64,000 nucleotides of DNA from an uncultured virus (IMG/VR IMGVR_UViG_3300020578_000012) (IMGVR_UViG_3300020578_000012); one strand, 5' to 3'. Shown: positions 1 to 9,907, counted from the stretch's first letter. Notes: generated from the sequence alone by a model not told the origin. Made by a program: numbers and translations.

Positions 1-516
1 GTTCTATCGGGGCATTTTCATCACAAAAGTACAAATGGAAGCATCACCTATGTTGGTACTCCAGGAGAAATGACTTGGGCTGACTATAACGATGAGCGCG
101 GATTTCATATTTTTGATACCGAAACTAGAGAACTTACTTTTGTACCCAATCCAGAGAAGATGTTCTATAAGATTAAGTACAATGATGATGAATTATTTTA
201 CAATGATATTGTAAATGCAGACTATTCGTATTTGTCTGGTAAGTATCTAAAAATAGTGGTAGAAAAAAGAAACAATTCCTTTTTGTTCGACACACTGATA
301 GACTCAATTACAAAAGCAGCACCTCTTGAGGTTGCAGTTGTTGAGGATTTCTCTGAGATCATAGACAATGTTGAAGTAGATATCGATCAAGCAGAAGATA
401 CAATGACAATTTTAAACAAATACGTCGATGGATTGACATTGCCTGTTGAATCAGATAGAATTAAGACTGTTCTGCGCGATGTATATAATCAAGCATTGTC
501 TATGGAGACTGTGTGA
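1..516 (+). CDS. gp47: Recombination endonuclease subunit (Mre11/SbcD-like), 5'-truncated by window edge
   Basis: Frame is open from base 1 (VLSGHFHHKS...YVGTPGEMTWADY, phosphoesterase GHxH motif) and lies directly upstream of gp46. Confidence 0.92.
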   Translation, partial: VLSGHFHHKSTNGSITYVGTPGEMTWADYNDERGFHIFDTETRELTFVPNPEKMFYKIKYNDDELFYNDIVNADYSYLSGKYLKIVVEKRNNSFLFDTLIDSITKAAPLEVAVVEDFSEIIDNVEVDIDQAEDTMTILNKYVDGLTLPVESDRIKTVLRDVYNQALSMETV

Positions 517-2222
517 TATTTTTTAACGCTGTACGTTATAAAAATTTTCTTTCTTCTGGAAATATATTTACTGAGATTAATCTTGGTGCGCATCCAACCA
601 CGCTCATTGTTGGCGAGAATGGTGCGGGTAAATCAACATTTCTTGATGCAATCACATTTGCTTTATTCGGCAAGCCATTCCGCAATATTAACAAACCTCA
701 ACTTGTAAATTCAATCAACGAAAAAGATTGTGTGGTTGAGATTGAGTTTGTTATTGGCAAAATAAAATACAAAGTTGTTCGTGGAATAAAACCAAATTTA
801 TTTGAAATTTATTTGAACGGCGATTTACTCAATCAAGACGCCAAATCTAAAGATTATCAAGAATATCTTGAGAAGGTAATTCTTAAGATGAACTACAAAT
901 CATTCACGCAAATAGTAATTTTAGGATCCACAAACTTTACTCCGTTTATGCAATTATCGGCGGCTGATCGCCGAACAGTGATTGAAGATCTATTAGACAT
1001 TCAAATTTTTTCTGCGATGAATGTTGTCGTAAAGAACAAAATGCATGCTCTGAAAGATGAAGCAGCACAACTCAAGATTCAGATTGATAACACAAAAGAT
1101 AAAATTGAACTACACAAGAAACATCTTGACGAACTCAAGAAGAATACAAAAGAAATTTTAGATGCAAAGAAACAAGAAGCAGTAGAGAACAGGGTATCAC
1201 TCTCTTCTCTTGAAACGGAAGCAACGCAAAAAGAAAAGCAAATCGATGATCTGATCTTTCTAACATCAGATGAAGAATTTACAACCAAACGCTTCAACAA
1301 ACTGAACAATCTTGAAGCCAAGATCGAAGGGAACATTCAGAAACTCGAGAAAGACATTGAGTTCTATTCTGTAAATTCGACTTGTCCAACCTGCGATCAG
1401 GCTATCAATAACAAAGAAGAAAAAGTTCATTCATGCAATAGTAAAATATCAGAACTAACCGAAGGTCTAAACAAACTCAAAGAAGAAAGTGATGCCGTTC
1501 TACAGCGAATCAATACCATCAAGACTACTCAAAAAGAACTCAAGTCTTTCGAACAAGATCTTGTGCGGATTAATACTTCTCGCAGCCAGATCAGAAAGTA
1601 CATTAAGAAACTTGAGGATGAGATTACAGAGATAGAAAGCAAACCAGCCATGAGCGATGAGTTCAAGGCACAATCGAAAGAACTATTGAACGCATTACAA
1701 GGATTCAATGAAAAAAGAAAAACAGTATCTGAACAAACACAGAACTATGATATTGTCGCGCAGTTGCTTAAAGATGGCGGGATTAAGTCGAAAATCATTA
1801 AGCAGTACGTTCCAATTATAAACAAATTGGTGAATAAGTATTTGGCTGCGATGGACTTCTTTGTCAACTTCAACATTGACGAGGAGTTTAAGGAGACCAT
1901 CAAGTCTCGTCACCGAGATGATTTCAGTTATGAAAACTTCTCAGAGGGTGAAAAGAAACGTATTGATCTAGCACTCTTGTTCACTTGGAGATCGGTCGCC
2001 AAATTGAAGAACAGTGTCAATACGAATTTGCTCATCTTCGACGAGGTCTTTGATGGTTCTCTTGACATCAATGGTACTGAAGAATTTATGAAGTTGATAA
2101 ATATGATGAACGAAGGTACAAATATCTTTGTGATCACACATAAATCTGATCAGATGGTTGATAAGTTTAAACATACAATACGATTTGGGAAAATAAAGAA
2201 TTTCTCGCAAATGGTGAACTAA
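513..2222 (+). CDS. gp46: Recombination endonuclease ATPase subunit (Rad50/SbcC-like)
   Basis: Walker A GENGAGKS, coiled coil with CPTC zinc hook, FSEGEK signature, Walker B LLIFDE. Confidence 0.97.
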   Translation: MIFFNAVRYKNFLSSGNIFTEINLGAHPTTLIVGENGAGKSTFLDAITFALFGKPFRNINKPQLVNSINEKDCVVEIEFVIGKIKYKVVRGIKPNLFEIYLNGDLLNQDAKSKDYQEYLEKVILKMNYKSFTQIVILGSTNFTPFMQLSAADRRTVIEDLLDIQIFSAMNVVVKNKMHALKDEAAQLKIQIDNTKDKIELHKKHLDELKKNTKEILDAKKQEAVENRVSLSSLETEATQKEKQIDDLIFLTSDEEFTTKRFNKLNNLEAKIEGNIQKLEKDIEFYSVNSTCPTCDQAINNKEEKVHSCNSKISELTEGLNKLKEESDAVLQRINTIKTTQKELKSFEQDLVRINTSRSQIRKYIKKLEDEITEIESKPAMSDEFKAQSKELLNALQGFNEKRKTVSEQTQNYDIVAQLLKDGGIKSKIIKQYVPIINKLVNKYLAAMDFFVNFNIDEEFKETIKSRHRDDFSYENFSEGEKKRIDLALLFTWRSVAKLKNSVNTNLLIFDEVFDGSLDINGTEEFMKLINMMNEGTNIFVITHKSDQMVDKFKHTIRFGKIKNFSQMVN

Positions 2223-2223
2223 T

Positions 2224-2940
2224 ATGGCAAAGATGATCAAAACATACAAGGGTGATCTTGTAGAATATGAAATCTATAAGTTGGTAGATTTTTATGATCC
2301 AATTTTGAGAGAACCAACTGTTCCTTTTAAATTTGAATCAATTGAAGACAATAAGAGAGCACATTACATTGCTTTTTCAATGGCTGAGACGTTAGGAAAA
2401 CTTGAGGGTTTGGGTTTATCTTCTAATCAAGTTGGTCATAAAGAAAGATTTTGTGCAATTAATATGGGTAATGAAATTTGGACAATGTTTAATCCAGAAA
2501 TTGTCACTCATTCATATGTACCGTCAAATTATCAAGAAGGATGTCTATCTTATCCTGGATTGTATTTAAAAATTGATCGTTGGGAAAACGTGACAGTAAA
2601 ATTTCAAGCAATTAATGGAGATTGGGTTCAAGAAACATTTAGTGGTCTCACTGCTGTTTGCGTTCAACATGAATTAGATCACCTAGATGGAATTGTATAT
2701 ACAGATAAGGTGAGTTCGTTTAGATTAGAACAAGCCAAACGCAAAGTGAAGAAAAATGTAAAGAGAATTAAGATGTTCGCTGCTCAGAAAGCAGAAGCAG
2801 AAGCAAAAGCAGAAAGACAAGTTACTACACACAAACAAGCACTAAAGCCAGTGAGTGCAGAAAAGACGCCAGAAATCACAATTCTTGATCAGTTGCCGAA
2901 GGAAGAAAAATCTAGCGAAGTCTTCGTGTATAAAGTATAG
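2224..2940 (+). CDS. def: Peptide deformylase
   Basis: Motifs GLGLSSNQVG, EGCLS, QHELDHLDG. Confidence 0.93.
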   Translation: MAKMIKTYKGDLVEYEIYKLVDFYDPILREPTVPFKFESIEDNKRAHYIAFSMAETLGKLEGLGLSSNQVGHKERFCAINMGNEIWTMFNPEIVTHSYVPSNYQEGCLSYPGLYLKIDRWENVTVKFQAINGDWVQETFSGLTAVCVQHELDHLDGIVYTDKVSSFRLEQAKRKVKKNVKRIKMFAAQKAEAEAKAERQVTTHKQALKPVSAEKTPEITILDQLPKEEKSSEVFVYKV

Positions 2941-2946
2941 GCTGCG

Positions 2947-3013
2947 CAAGTTATTGATTTTATTAGAGTTTTTTGCGCTTTACTTTTCGGTCATTTGAGA
3001 GGATAATGGCTGT
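2947..3013 (+). promoter_or_regulatory. Sigma70-type early promoter with upstream IHF-consensus site; leaderless start
   Basis: CAAGTTATTGATT at 2947-2959, TTTACT 2979-2984, 17-nt spacer, GATAAT 3002-3007, ATG after 6 nt. Confidence 0.75.
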
Positions 3014-5293
3014 ATGAGTACGAATATTCAGACTTCTAAATCAATCCTAGCCAAACTTTTGGCGACGGAAAATATCACGGTCTCGCATCAGCAGACCAAG
3101 ACTGCATACTTTGATCTCAAGTCACGCACGATGGTCCTTCCTATATGGAAAGACATGGATGGCGATCTCTATGACTTGTTGACAGGTCACGAAGTCGGTC
3201 ATGCTCTGAATACTCCCGAGCAAGGTTGGCACGATCAAGTTGCCAGCAGCAGCAAGAAATACAAAGATTTCTTGAATGTCATCGAAGATGCGCGCATCGA
3301 GAAACTTGTCAAGCGCAAGTTTCCTGGTCTTGCCAAGGCTTTTGCTCGTGCTTATGCGTCTCTCTATGAGCGTGACTTCTTCGGCATCAAGAAACTCGGC
3401 GATCTCAACAAGTTGAATTTGATCGACCGTATCAATTTGCGATTCAAGATGGGCGCACACGTTGTTGTTGAATTCAATGACGCCGAGCGCGACATAGTGC
3501 GCGAAGTCGAAAATGCCGAAACCTGGGATCAAGTTGTTGACATTGCGCGACGTGTGTTTGACTATGTCAAAGAGCACGAACAAGACAAAATTCAGAACAA
3601 GAATGACCTGATGAATGCCTTTGCTCCGCCGCAAATCGAAGACGGCGATTCCGAAATAGAATCAGAAGATTCATTCGACGAAGAAGATGATGAGTTTCGT
3701 GACGGCGACGAAGCCAGCGATTCTGCTGATTCTGATGAGGAATCAGATCTTGGTGAAGAATCAGATGGCGAAGATTCTGACAGCACTGATGAGAGTGAGG
3801 AAGAGTCTGACGAAGAGGAAAAAACTTCTTCCAAGACTGTGAACAATGGCGATTCAGAAGATGATGGTGAGCCGCATTCTGTCACCGATCAAATTTTCCG
3901 CCAGCGCGAGGGCGAACTCGTCAATTCCTCTGGCAAAGTTTTCATGTTCAATCTTCCTGAAGCGAATCTTGAGAACATTATTCTTCCGAACACGGAAGTC
4001 ATGAATGATCTCGAGCGATACTTTAGAGAGCAGATTGCCGATCCGTACAAACCATATGGTCGAAATCACATCTCTTATGAGACTGTTGTGCAGAAGTCTG
4101 TTCGTCGTTTCAATGCTGCGAACAAGAAAGTCATTATGCATATTCTCAAAGAGTTTGAGATGCGCAAGAAAGCCAGCGAGTATGCTCGAACGCAGACTGC
4201 TCGCACTGGCGAACTGAATCTGAATGTGCTGCACAAATACAAGTTCAGCAATGATCTCTTCAAGAAGATCACGGTTGTGCCGAAGGGCAAGAATCACGGA
4301 TACATTCTGTTCGTTGATATGTCTGGTTCGATGTGCGATCTAATTCGCAATACTGTTGACCAGATGCTGATTCTTGTTTCGTTCTGTAAACTTGCGAATG
4401 TTCCTGTCGAAGTCTATGGCTTCAGTGATGACTGTTACAGCAACAACAAATTGATTGAGATGCGTAAAAGCGAACGATTTGTTTCTGAAAAATTTACTGA
4501 CATGATTGTTGGTCAGGATTGGTTTCATCTCAAGCATCTGATTGGCACTTCGTTGTCGCCTGTTCAGTATCGCAAGGCATTCAATATGCTTTGCGTGATC
4601 TCGAGCGAGTATATACGGTATGGTGCTTATCGTTACAATCATGCTCCTGACGGCGAGTTCAACGACTGGGATCGTTCTGGCTTTGGCTTGAACGGAACTC
4701 CGTTCATTCAGACATTGCTTGCTTCTCGTGAGATCATCACTCGATTTCAGCGTCATCATCAACTCGATGTTTGCAACGTTGTATATCTGACTGATGGTGA
4801 AGGTGGTGTTGATATTCATTTTCCGCCATCAGAAAACACTCACTATCATGATGTCGATCGCAACGCTGTTTACTATCTTGTCGACAAAAAGACCAAGAAG
4901 AAGATTAAGATGGAAAATTGTTGGTCGTTTCAAAAGTCAATCACGCAGTTAGTTGCTGATGTGACTGGTTGCAAGCATATCGGTTTCTATATCGGCAATC
5001 CGAAAGCAATCAAACGTGATATGAAATTTATTGTTCACGATAAGTCTTTTGATGAACAGCAAGCGATTCGCAATTCTTTCAATCGTCACAATTTCTTTAC
5101 GACCAAGAATCTTGGTTATGAAAAATACTTCTATGTTGGTATACCGTCTGACAACGTCACCGACGAGAAGTTGAATATCACTCAAGACATGAGCAAGAAT
5201 AAGATGGCGAAAGTCTTCGGCGATAATCTGAACAGCAAGCGCACCAATCGATTGCTGTTGACTAAACTCGCCGAAGAATTGGCGGTTGCGTGA
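3014..5293 (+). CDS. Metallopeptidase-like plus vWA domain protein (CobT-like partner of AAA ATPase)
   Basis: HEVGH...NVIED zincin-like motif, long acidic linker, MIDAS DMSGSM and YLTDGEG. Confidence 0.85.
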   Translation: MSTNIQTSKSILAKLLATENITVSHQQTKTAYFDLKSRTMVLPIWKDMDGDLYDLLTGHEVGHALNTPEQGWHDQVASSSKKYKDFLNVIEDARIEKLVKRKFPGLAKAFARAYASLYERDFFGIKKLGDLNKLNLIDRINLRFKMGAHVVVEFNDAERDIVREVENAETWDQVVDIARRVFDYVKEHEQDKIQNKNDLMNAFAPPQIEDGDSEIESEDSFDEEDDEFRDGDEASDSADSDEESDLGEESDGEDSDSTDESEEESDEEEKTSSKTVNNGDSEDDGEPHSVTDQIFRQREGELVNSSGKVFMFNLPEANLENIILPNTEVMNDLERYFREQIADPYKPYGRNHISYETVVQKSVRRFNAANKKVIMHILKEFEMRKKASEYARTQTARTGELNLNVLHKYKFSNDLFKKITVVPKGKNHGYILFVDMSGSMCDLIRNTVDQMLILVSFCKLANVPVEVYGFSDDCYSNNKLIEMRKSERFVSEKFTDMIVGQDWFHLKHLIGTSLSPVQYRKAFNMLCVISSEYIRYGAYRYNHAPDGEFNDWDRSGFGLNGTPFIQTLLASREIITRFQRHHQLDVCNVVYLTDGEGGVDIHFPPSENTHYHDVDRNAVYYLVDKKTKKKIKMENCWSFQKSITQLVADVTGCKHIGFYIGNPKAIKRDMKFIVHDKSFDEQQAIRNSFNRHNFFTTKNLGYEKYFYVGIPSDNVTDEKLNITQDMSKNKMAKVFGDNLNSKRTNRLLLTKLAEELAVA

Positions 5294-5302
5294 GTGACTG
5301 CG

Positions 5303-5369
5303 TAAGTTATTGATTTATATAGAGAAAATACTCCTTTACTTTCGAGCATCTTCGAGCAATAATGGTTGT
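5303..5369 (+). promoter_or_regulatory. Sigma70-type early promoter with IHF-consensus site; leaderless start
   Basis: TAAGTTATTGATT at 5303-5315, TTTACT 5335-5340, 17-nt spacer, AATAAT 5358-5363, ATG at 5370. Confidence 0.72.
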
Positions 5370-5555
5370 ATGATGAAATTTCCTACTGATCTTGAAACGG
5401 TAGCGCACCTTCAGTTTTCTGAACGCGCTGGTATTTACTACAGTGAAACGCCCAATGGTGCGTTCGCCGTTGAAATTGAGGGTGATGAACTTCGGTTCAT
5501 TCCCTATGGTGGTGACCCTAGTGAGACTGAAAAGTTTCGCTTGGTCCGCGTTTAA
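5370..5555 (+). CDS. Hypothetical protein (start reassigned to leaderless ATG)
   Basis: ORF track 5310-5555; the upstream portion is promoter sequence. Confidence 0.6.
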   Translation: MMKFPTDLETVAHLQFSERAGIYYSETPNGAFAVEIEGDELRFIPYGGDPSETEKFRLVRV

Positions 5556-5571
5556 TTTTATAATGTAAACA

Positions 5572-7005
5572 GTGAGTGATATTGAAATGAGAAAATCTTT
5601 CTATAGTTCGCCGCAGTCTCAGACTGAATTCCTTGAGAAGATTCATGCATTCTTCGACAAGGAAACAATCACGCTGAAGGAACTCAATTCCTATTGCGAT
5701 AACAAGAAGAATGGGATTGAAAATTTCCCATACTTCATTCTTCGTGAGCGCAAGGTTGCGCGAAACACGTTCAACATTCTTCCCAAGAATGTTGTTTCAA
5801 ATCCTGTTGTTGAGCAATCTCTTGCTCAGGTTGCGATGGCTCCTCTCGCGCAGGTTATAAATCTTGCGAGCAAGCGTGCGCAAAACGTCACCGAATCATT
5901 TGTTCCTGAGAAGAGCAACACTTATGTTCCGTTCGGATTCTTCAACGACATGCGCGACATTATCAAGTCTCGCATTTTCTACCCTGTCTACATCACTGGT
6001 CTGTCGGGCAACGGCAAGACCATGATGATCGAGCAAGTTTGTGCTGCGCTCAAGCGTGAGTTGATTCGCGTCAATATCACGAAGCGCACCGATGAGTCTG
6101 ATCTGATTGGTTCTTACGAACTGATTGATGGTAGCACAGTTCGCCGCGAGGGTCCTGTGTTGACTGCAATGCGTCGTGGTGCGGTTCTTCTTCTTGATGA
6201 GTGTGATCTTGGCACCGAGGACATCCTCTGCTTGCAGCCGATTCTTGAGGGCAAGCCATACTTCGACAAGAAGACTGGTGAGGTTGTGCATCCTGCCGTT
6301 GGCTTCAATGTAATTGCAACTGCAAACACGAAGGGCAAGGGCAGTGATGATGGTCGATTTATCGGTACAAATTTGCTCAACGAAGCGTTCCTTGAGCGTT
6401 TCGCAATCACGGTCGAGCAAGAGTACCCTCCTGCTGCTACCGAGCGCAAGATTCTTGAGAAGAACTTTGCGCTATATAATTTGACGGATGCAGTTTTCAT
6501 CGATCGTCTGATCATGTGGGCTGATGTGATTCGCAAGTCTTTCGCTGATGGTGCGGTTGATGAAGTTATCTCGACTCGTCGTCTTGTGCATATCACGAAA
6601 GCCTACTCTATCTTCGGCAATCGTCTGAAAGCAATTGAGATGTGTCTGAACCGATTCGATACTGACACCAAGACTGCGTTTCTTGATCTCTACACAAAGG
6701 TTGATGCGGAGGCAACTGCTCCTGCTCCTATGTCATCAGATGAAGTCAAGATTGAAAATCTCTCAAGTCCTAATTCAGATGATTTAATTGTTCGTGTCAC
6801 GAAAAACGGTCAAAGTCAAACAGTAACACTGTCTGCACATGAACTTGAAAAAGAACGCAGTCAGGGTATGAACACTGAGCAGATTATTGATCGTGTCGCC
6901 AAAACTCTTGTCACGCTGGTGGCGAACAAAAATGCACCGCTCGCCTATGAGTTGAAAAATGTTCATGCTGAAGATACTCTTGACAAAGAAGATATTCCGT
7001 TTTAA
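5572..7005 (+). CDS. MoxR/CobS-like AAA+ ATPase (possible start 5587)
   Basis: Walker A GLSGNGKT, Walker B LLLDE, ATANTKG, AFLERF; follows the vWA gene. Confidence 0.9.
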   Translation: MSDIEMRKSFYSSPQSQTEFLEKIHAFFDKETITLKELNSYCDNKKNGIENFPYFILRERKVARNTFNILPKNVVSNPVVEQSLAQVAMAPLAQVINLASKRAQNVTESFVPEKSNTYVPFGFFNDMRDIIKSRIFYPVYITGLSGNGKTMMIEQVCAALKRELIRVNITKRTDESDLIGSYELIDGSTVRREGPVLTAMRRGAVLLLDECDLGTEDILCLQPILEGKPYFDKKTGEVVHPAVGFNVIATANTKGKGSDDGRFIGTNLLNEAFLERFAITVEQEYPPAATERKILEKNFALYNLTDAVFIDRLIMWADVIRKSFADGAVDEVISTRRLVHITKAYSIFGNRLKAIEMCLNRFDTDTKTAFLDLYTKVDAEATAPAPMSSDEVKIENLSSPNSDDLIVRVTKNGQSQTVTLSAHELEKERSQGMNTEQIIDRVAKTLVTLVANKNAPLAYELKNVHAEDTLDKEDIPF

Positions 7006-7016
7006 TAGAGGTATTT

Positions 7017-7211
7017 ATGGATCAGTTTAGAATGGAAATGCAAGAAAAGATTAATGATTACTTGGATGCATTGCGCGAAACAGGTTGTATGAATATGTTT
7101 GGCGCGTCACCATATATCGCTGAAGTCTTTGGTGTAAACCAAAAGGAAGCCAGACAATATCTTAAAAATTGGATGGATACTTTTAATGAGAGGCATCCAA
7201 ATGGTGAGTAA
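7017..7211 (+). CDS. Hypothetical protein
   Basis: ORF preceded by SD GAGG. Confidence 0.7.
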   Translation: MDQFRMEMQEKINDYLDALRETGCMNMFGASPYIAEVFGVNQKEARQYLKNWMDTFNERHPNGE

Positions 7212-7270
7212 TTTTTCTCAATTTATTGTTGCATAAATATCTCATATGATTTTATATGGGAAATTAATAT

Positions 7271-7900
7271 ATGAGTGATATTGAAATACTTGGTCTATTT
7301 CCGATTCCTGTAGCAAGATTTTGTTTGAATCGTGAATTTACAGATGAAGAAAGGAATTTTGTAAATAATTTAGAACGCCGACCCAATTTTGGTAATGAAA
7401 CTAGTATAAATTCTAAAGTTTTAGAAGAAACTGCTCTCAAAGATGTGCGCGATTTTTGTTTACAATCCACAATAAAATTCTTTAATGAGGCGTTCAAACC
7501 TCGTGATGATCTAAGCATATACATAACACAATCATGGTTGAATTATACAACTAAGACGCAATATCATCACGAACACAATCACGGAAATAGTTTTATTTCT
7601 GGTGTGTTATATATTAATGCAGATCCTTTGACTGATAAAATTAATTTTCATAAATTTGAAGCACACAATAACTTAATTTTAAAGTTTTCATCAACCGATG
7701 CTCATCTTTATAATGCAGAAACATGGTGGGCGCCATCAGGAACAGGAGTATTGTATCTTTTTCCTTCTTATCTTAGACACTCAGTCCCAGTTTTACATGA
7801 CGAAAATTACCAAGAAACGCGGATAAGCCTATCTTTCAACACCTTTTTGTCAGGAAAACTTGGAGATAATACACAACTAACAGAACTTATTTTACAGTAA
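7271..7900 (+). CDS. 2OG-Fe(II) oxygenase-like protein (TIGR02466-type)
   Basis: SWLN...HHEHNH, ISGVLY, LFPSYLRHSV, RISLSFN. Confidence 0.85.
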   Translation: MSDIEILGLFPIPVARFCLNREFTDEERNFVNNLERRPNFGNETSINSKVLEETALKDVRDFCLQSTIKFFNEAFKPRDDLSIYITQSWLNYTTKTQYHHEHNHGNSFISGVLYINADPLTDKINFHKFEAHNNLILKFSSTDAHLYNAETWWAPSGTGVLYLFPSYLRHSVPVLHDENYQETRISLSFNTFLSGKLGDNTQLTELILQ

Positions 7901-7905
7901 TTATC

Positions 7906-8100
7906 ATGAGTATGATTGAATTTTCAAAAGAAGAATATCTTGCAGTCTTGAAGAGTGAAATCGAAACGCTTAAGATGTACTATTACAAACCAAGCGAAGA
8001 AGGCACTGGACATTACAATACAGCAATTAGTGTTCTTGAAGAACGATATAAAACATTGCAAGATTCTTTGATAACGCAAAGATTGTTTTGTTATTTGTAA
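7906..8100 (+). CDS. Hypothetical protein
   Basis: Co-directional, tightly packed ORF. Confidence 0.6.
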   Translation: MSMIEFSKEEYLAVLKSEIETLKMYYYKPSEEGTGHYNTAISVLEERYKTLQDSLITQRLFCYL

Positions 8101-8102
8101 AG

Positions 8103-8131
8103 TTTACTTTTGCCGTTTGTTAGTATATAAT
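8103..8131 (+). promoter_or_regulatory. Sigma70-type promoter
   Basis: TTTACT 8103-8108, 17-nt spacer, TATAAT 8126-8131. Confidence 0.75.
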
Positions 8132-8138
8132 GAATGGT

Positions 8139-8184
8139 ATATCGCAAGGCAAGCCCCAATCTTGCGATATTATTGAAGGGGTTT
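8139..8184 (+). promoter_or_regulatory. 5' leader stem-loop with potential H-type pseudoknot
   Basis: Perfect 10-bp stem ATATCGCAAG/CTTGCGATAT; loop AAGCCCC complementary to GGGGTTT at 8178-8184. Confidence 0.55.
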
Positions 8185-8201
8185 TTGTGAAGGTATATTA
8201 T

Positions 8202-8498
8202 ATGGCTAATGCTCTTAACTCGTTTGTAACTTATCTTGCTGATGGCAACACCGTGACTTCACGTCAGGGTCGTACGCTTTTTAAGGTTGATAATGTTGCT
8301 GACCTCGCTTATCGTGCACGCAATGAGGGTATCTCTGTATACACCAATCGCATCACGAACTCGCGTGGTGAGAAAGTGTTTGCGTATCGCCTTGGCAATC
8401 CTTCGAACCAGTTCGAGAAGTATCTCGATCAGGGTCAGGTTGCTCGCGCTCGCAAGACTCTCTATCGTGATGCTATCAGTGTCTCGATGACTGCCTAA
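8202..8498 (+). CDS. Small basic protein, possibly winged-helix nucleic-acid binding
   Basis: ATG at 8202 after AAGGT; helix-turn-helix-like pattern followed by a beta-hairpin (VYTN...FAYRLG). Confidence 0.6.
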   Translation: MANALNSFVTYLADGNTVTSRQGRTLFKVDNVADLAYRARNEGISVYTNRITNSRGEKVFAYRLGNPSNQFEKYLDQGQVARARKTLYRDAISVSMTA

Positions 8499-8528
8499 TC
8501 TTGGCAAAACAAAACCGTTCTGGTTCTC

Positions 8529-8560
8529 GTGGGGGCAGTTCTTGCCCCCACAGTTTTATT
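8529..8560 (+). terminator. Rho-independent terminator
   Basis: 9-bp stem GTGGGGGCA/TGCCCCCAC followed by AGTTTTATT. Confidence 0.8.
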
Positions 8561-8588
8561 TGACAGAGAATAAATGCACATATATAAT
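8560..8588 (+). promoter_or_regulatory. Consensus sigma70 promoter for the TET/glycosyltransferase operon
   Basis: TTGACA 8560-8565, 17-nt spacer, TATAAT 8583-8588; SD AAGGAG before ATG 8613. Confidence 0.85.
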
Positions 8589-8612
8589 AGAACACAATGA
8601 AGGAGTGTTCTC

Positions 8613-9905
8613 ATGGTCAAAGTAATTATTGCAAAGTCTAAGTTAGATTGCGAACATCTTCTTGGTCAATTCATTGATGAGTCGCATTATGATACAATTA
8701 TCAATGAAGATACAGATTGTTATCTTGAATCAGAAGATGAGAATAACATAGCATTCAAGTTTAGAAAAAACTTCTTTTCTAAAAAAGAACAACAACAGGC
8801 TTATCTTGGGCTGCGCGAAGCAGCAACTCAATCGCAAAATCGTGGGCTTGCAGCAGGACCAAAGGGTGACAAATGCGCTGGTCGTGATTGGGTAACAGAA
8901 ACTCAACTTCGTTTATTGGAATTTTTCAAAGTAGAACCAGAAAATACTGCAGTTCCCCTTGATATAAAAGAAGAAGTTGCTAGAATACAACAACAATACA
9001 AAAACGTTGAATCTACACGTGGACTTGTTTGGCTTGCAGCAAAAGTTAAAGAAGAAAATTTTAATTTTGATAATTGGTTAAAGAGTGCTATTGGATTAAA
9101 GGTTGCTGAAAGAAAACAAGAAGCAAAAGATATTTTAGGGGATTACATTTCGGATACAACATATGCGAATCCTGTATTTTCTGGAATTGCTGGCTGGTTT
9201 GATCGGTATCCTCGCATTCCTTATGGGCGTGCTACTTCTTATACACAGCAATCATATGATAAATTTAAATTGGCTTTTCCGTTTCTTCAATCTCTAGATC
9301 GTGGGTTCGCAGAGTTACTCCCTCAGCGTCATGCTGCTCAACGTGAAGCAGCAGATAAAATTGATCCGTCATTCTTGGTTCCGGAAACTGTCTTTACGAC
9401 GATTACTGTCAACAAGACATTTAGAACAGCAGCGCATCGTGATGCTGGCGATTTCACAAATGGATTGAGTAATCTTCTAGTTCTTTCAAACAACGGCAAC
9501 TATTCTGGCGGATATCTAATTCTACCTGAGGTTCGTATTGCTATCAATGTGCGTCCTGGTGATCTATTACTAGTCAATAATCATGAGTATATTCATGGTA
9601 ACACACCTATTGTTCTTGAAGATGAAAGCGCAGAACGCATAAGTCTTGTTTGTTATTTGCGTGAAAAGATGCTTGAACTTGGGAGCAAAGAGTATGAAGA
9701 TCATCGATTTAATTATGTTGAGTGCCGTAGAAAAAACAAAGACCATCCACTCCAACGAAGACTCTGGAATGGAATCAGTCCAGGAATGTGGGAAGAACAA
9801 GAGTGGTATGACTACTTGGAAAAAAATGGTGGAGAAGAAATGGTTGCCAAATACCATTCAGAAGCGTATAATAAAGTTTCAACTCTAGATGATATGTTTG
9901 GTTGA
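8613..9905 (+). CDS. TET/JBP-family 2OG-Fe(II) dioxygenase (5-methylpyrimidine DNA hydroxylase-like)
   Basis: FTTITVN...TAAHRDAGD (HxD), GGYLILPE, IHGNTPI (distal H), ERISLVCYLRE (2OG-binding R); C-terminal STLDDMFG. Confidence 0.8.
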   Translation: MVKVIIAKSKLDCEHLLGQFIDESHYDTIINEDTDCYLESEDENNIAFKFRKNFFSKKEQQQAYLGLREAATQSQNRGLAAGPKGDKCAGRDWVTETQLRLLEFFKVEPENTAVPLDIKEEVARIQQQYKNVESTRGLVWLAAKVKEENFNFDNWLKSAIGLKVAERKQEAKDILGDYISDTTYANPVFSGIAGWFDRYPRIPYGRATSYTQQSYDKFKLAFPFLQSLDRGFAELLPQRHAAQREAADKIDPSFLVPETVFTTITVNKTFRTAAHRDAGDFTNGLSNLLVLSNNGNYSGGYLILPEVRIAINVRPGDLLLVNNHEYIHGNTPIVLEDESAERISLVCYLREKMLELGSKEYEDHRFNYVECRRKNKDHPLQRRLWNGISPGMWEEQEWYDYLEKNGGEEMVAKYHSEAYNKVSTLDDMFG

Positions 9906-9907
9906 TT

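Noticed and set aside
3640..3870. GA-rich low-complexity tract as a repeat element
   Set aside because: It encodes the acidic linker of the vWA protein
5572..7005. Cobalamin-biosynthesis auxiliary gene (cobS)
   Set aside because: No cobN or other cob genes are present; a generic MoxR-type AAA/vWA pair is sufficient explanation
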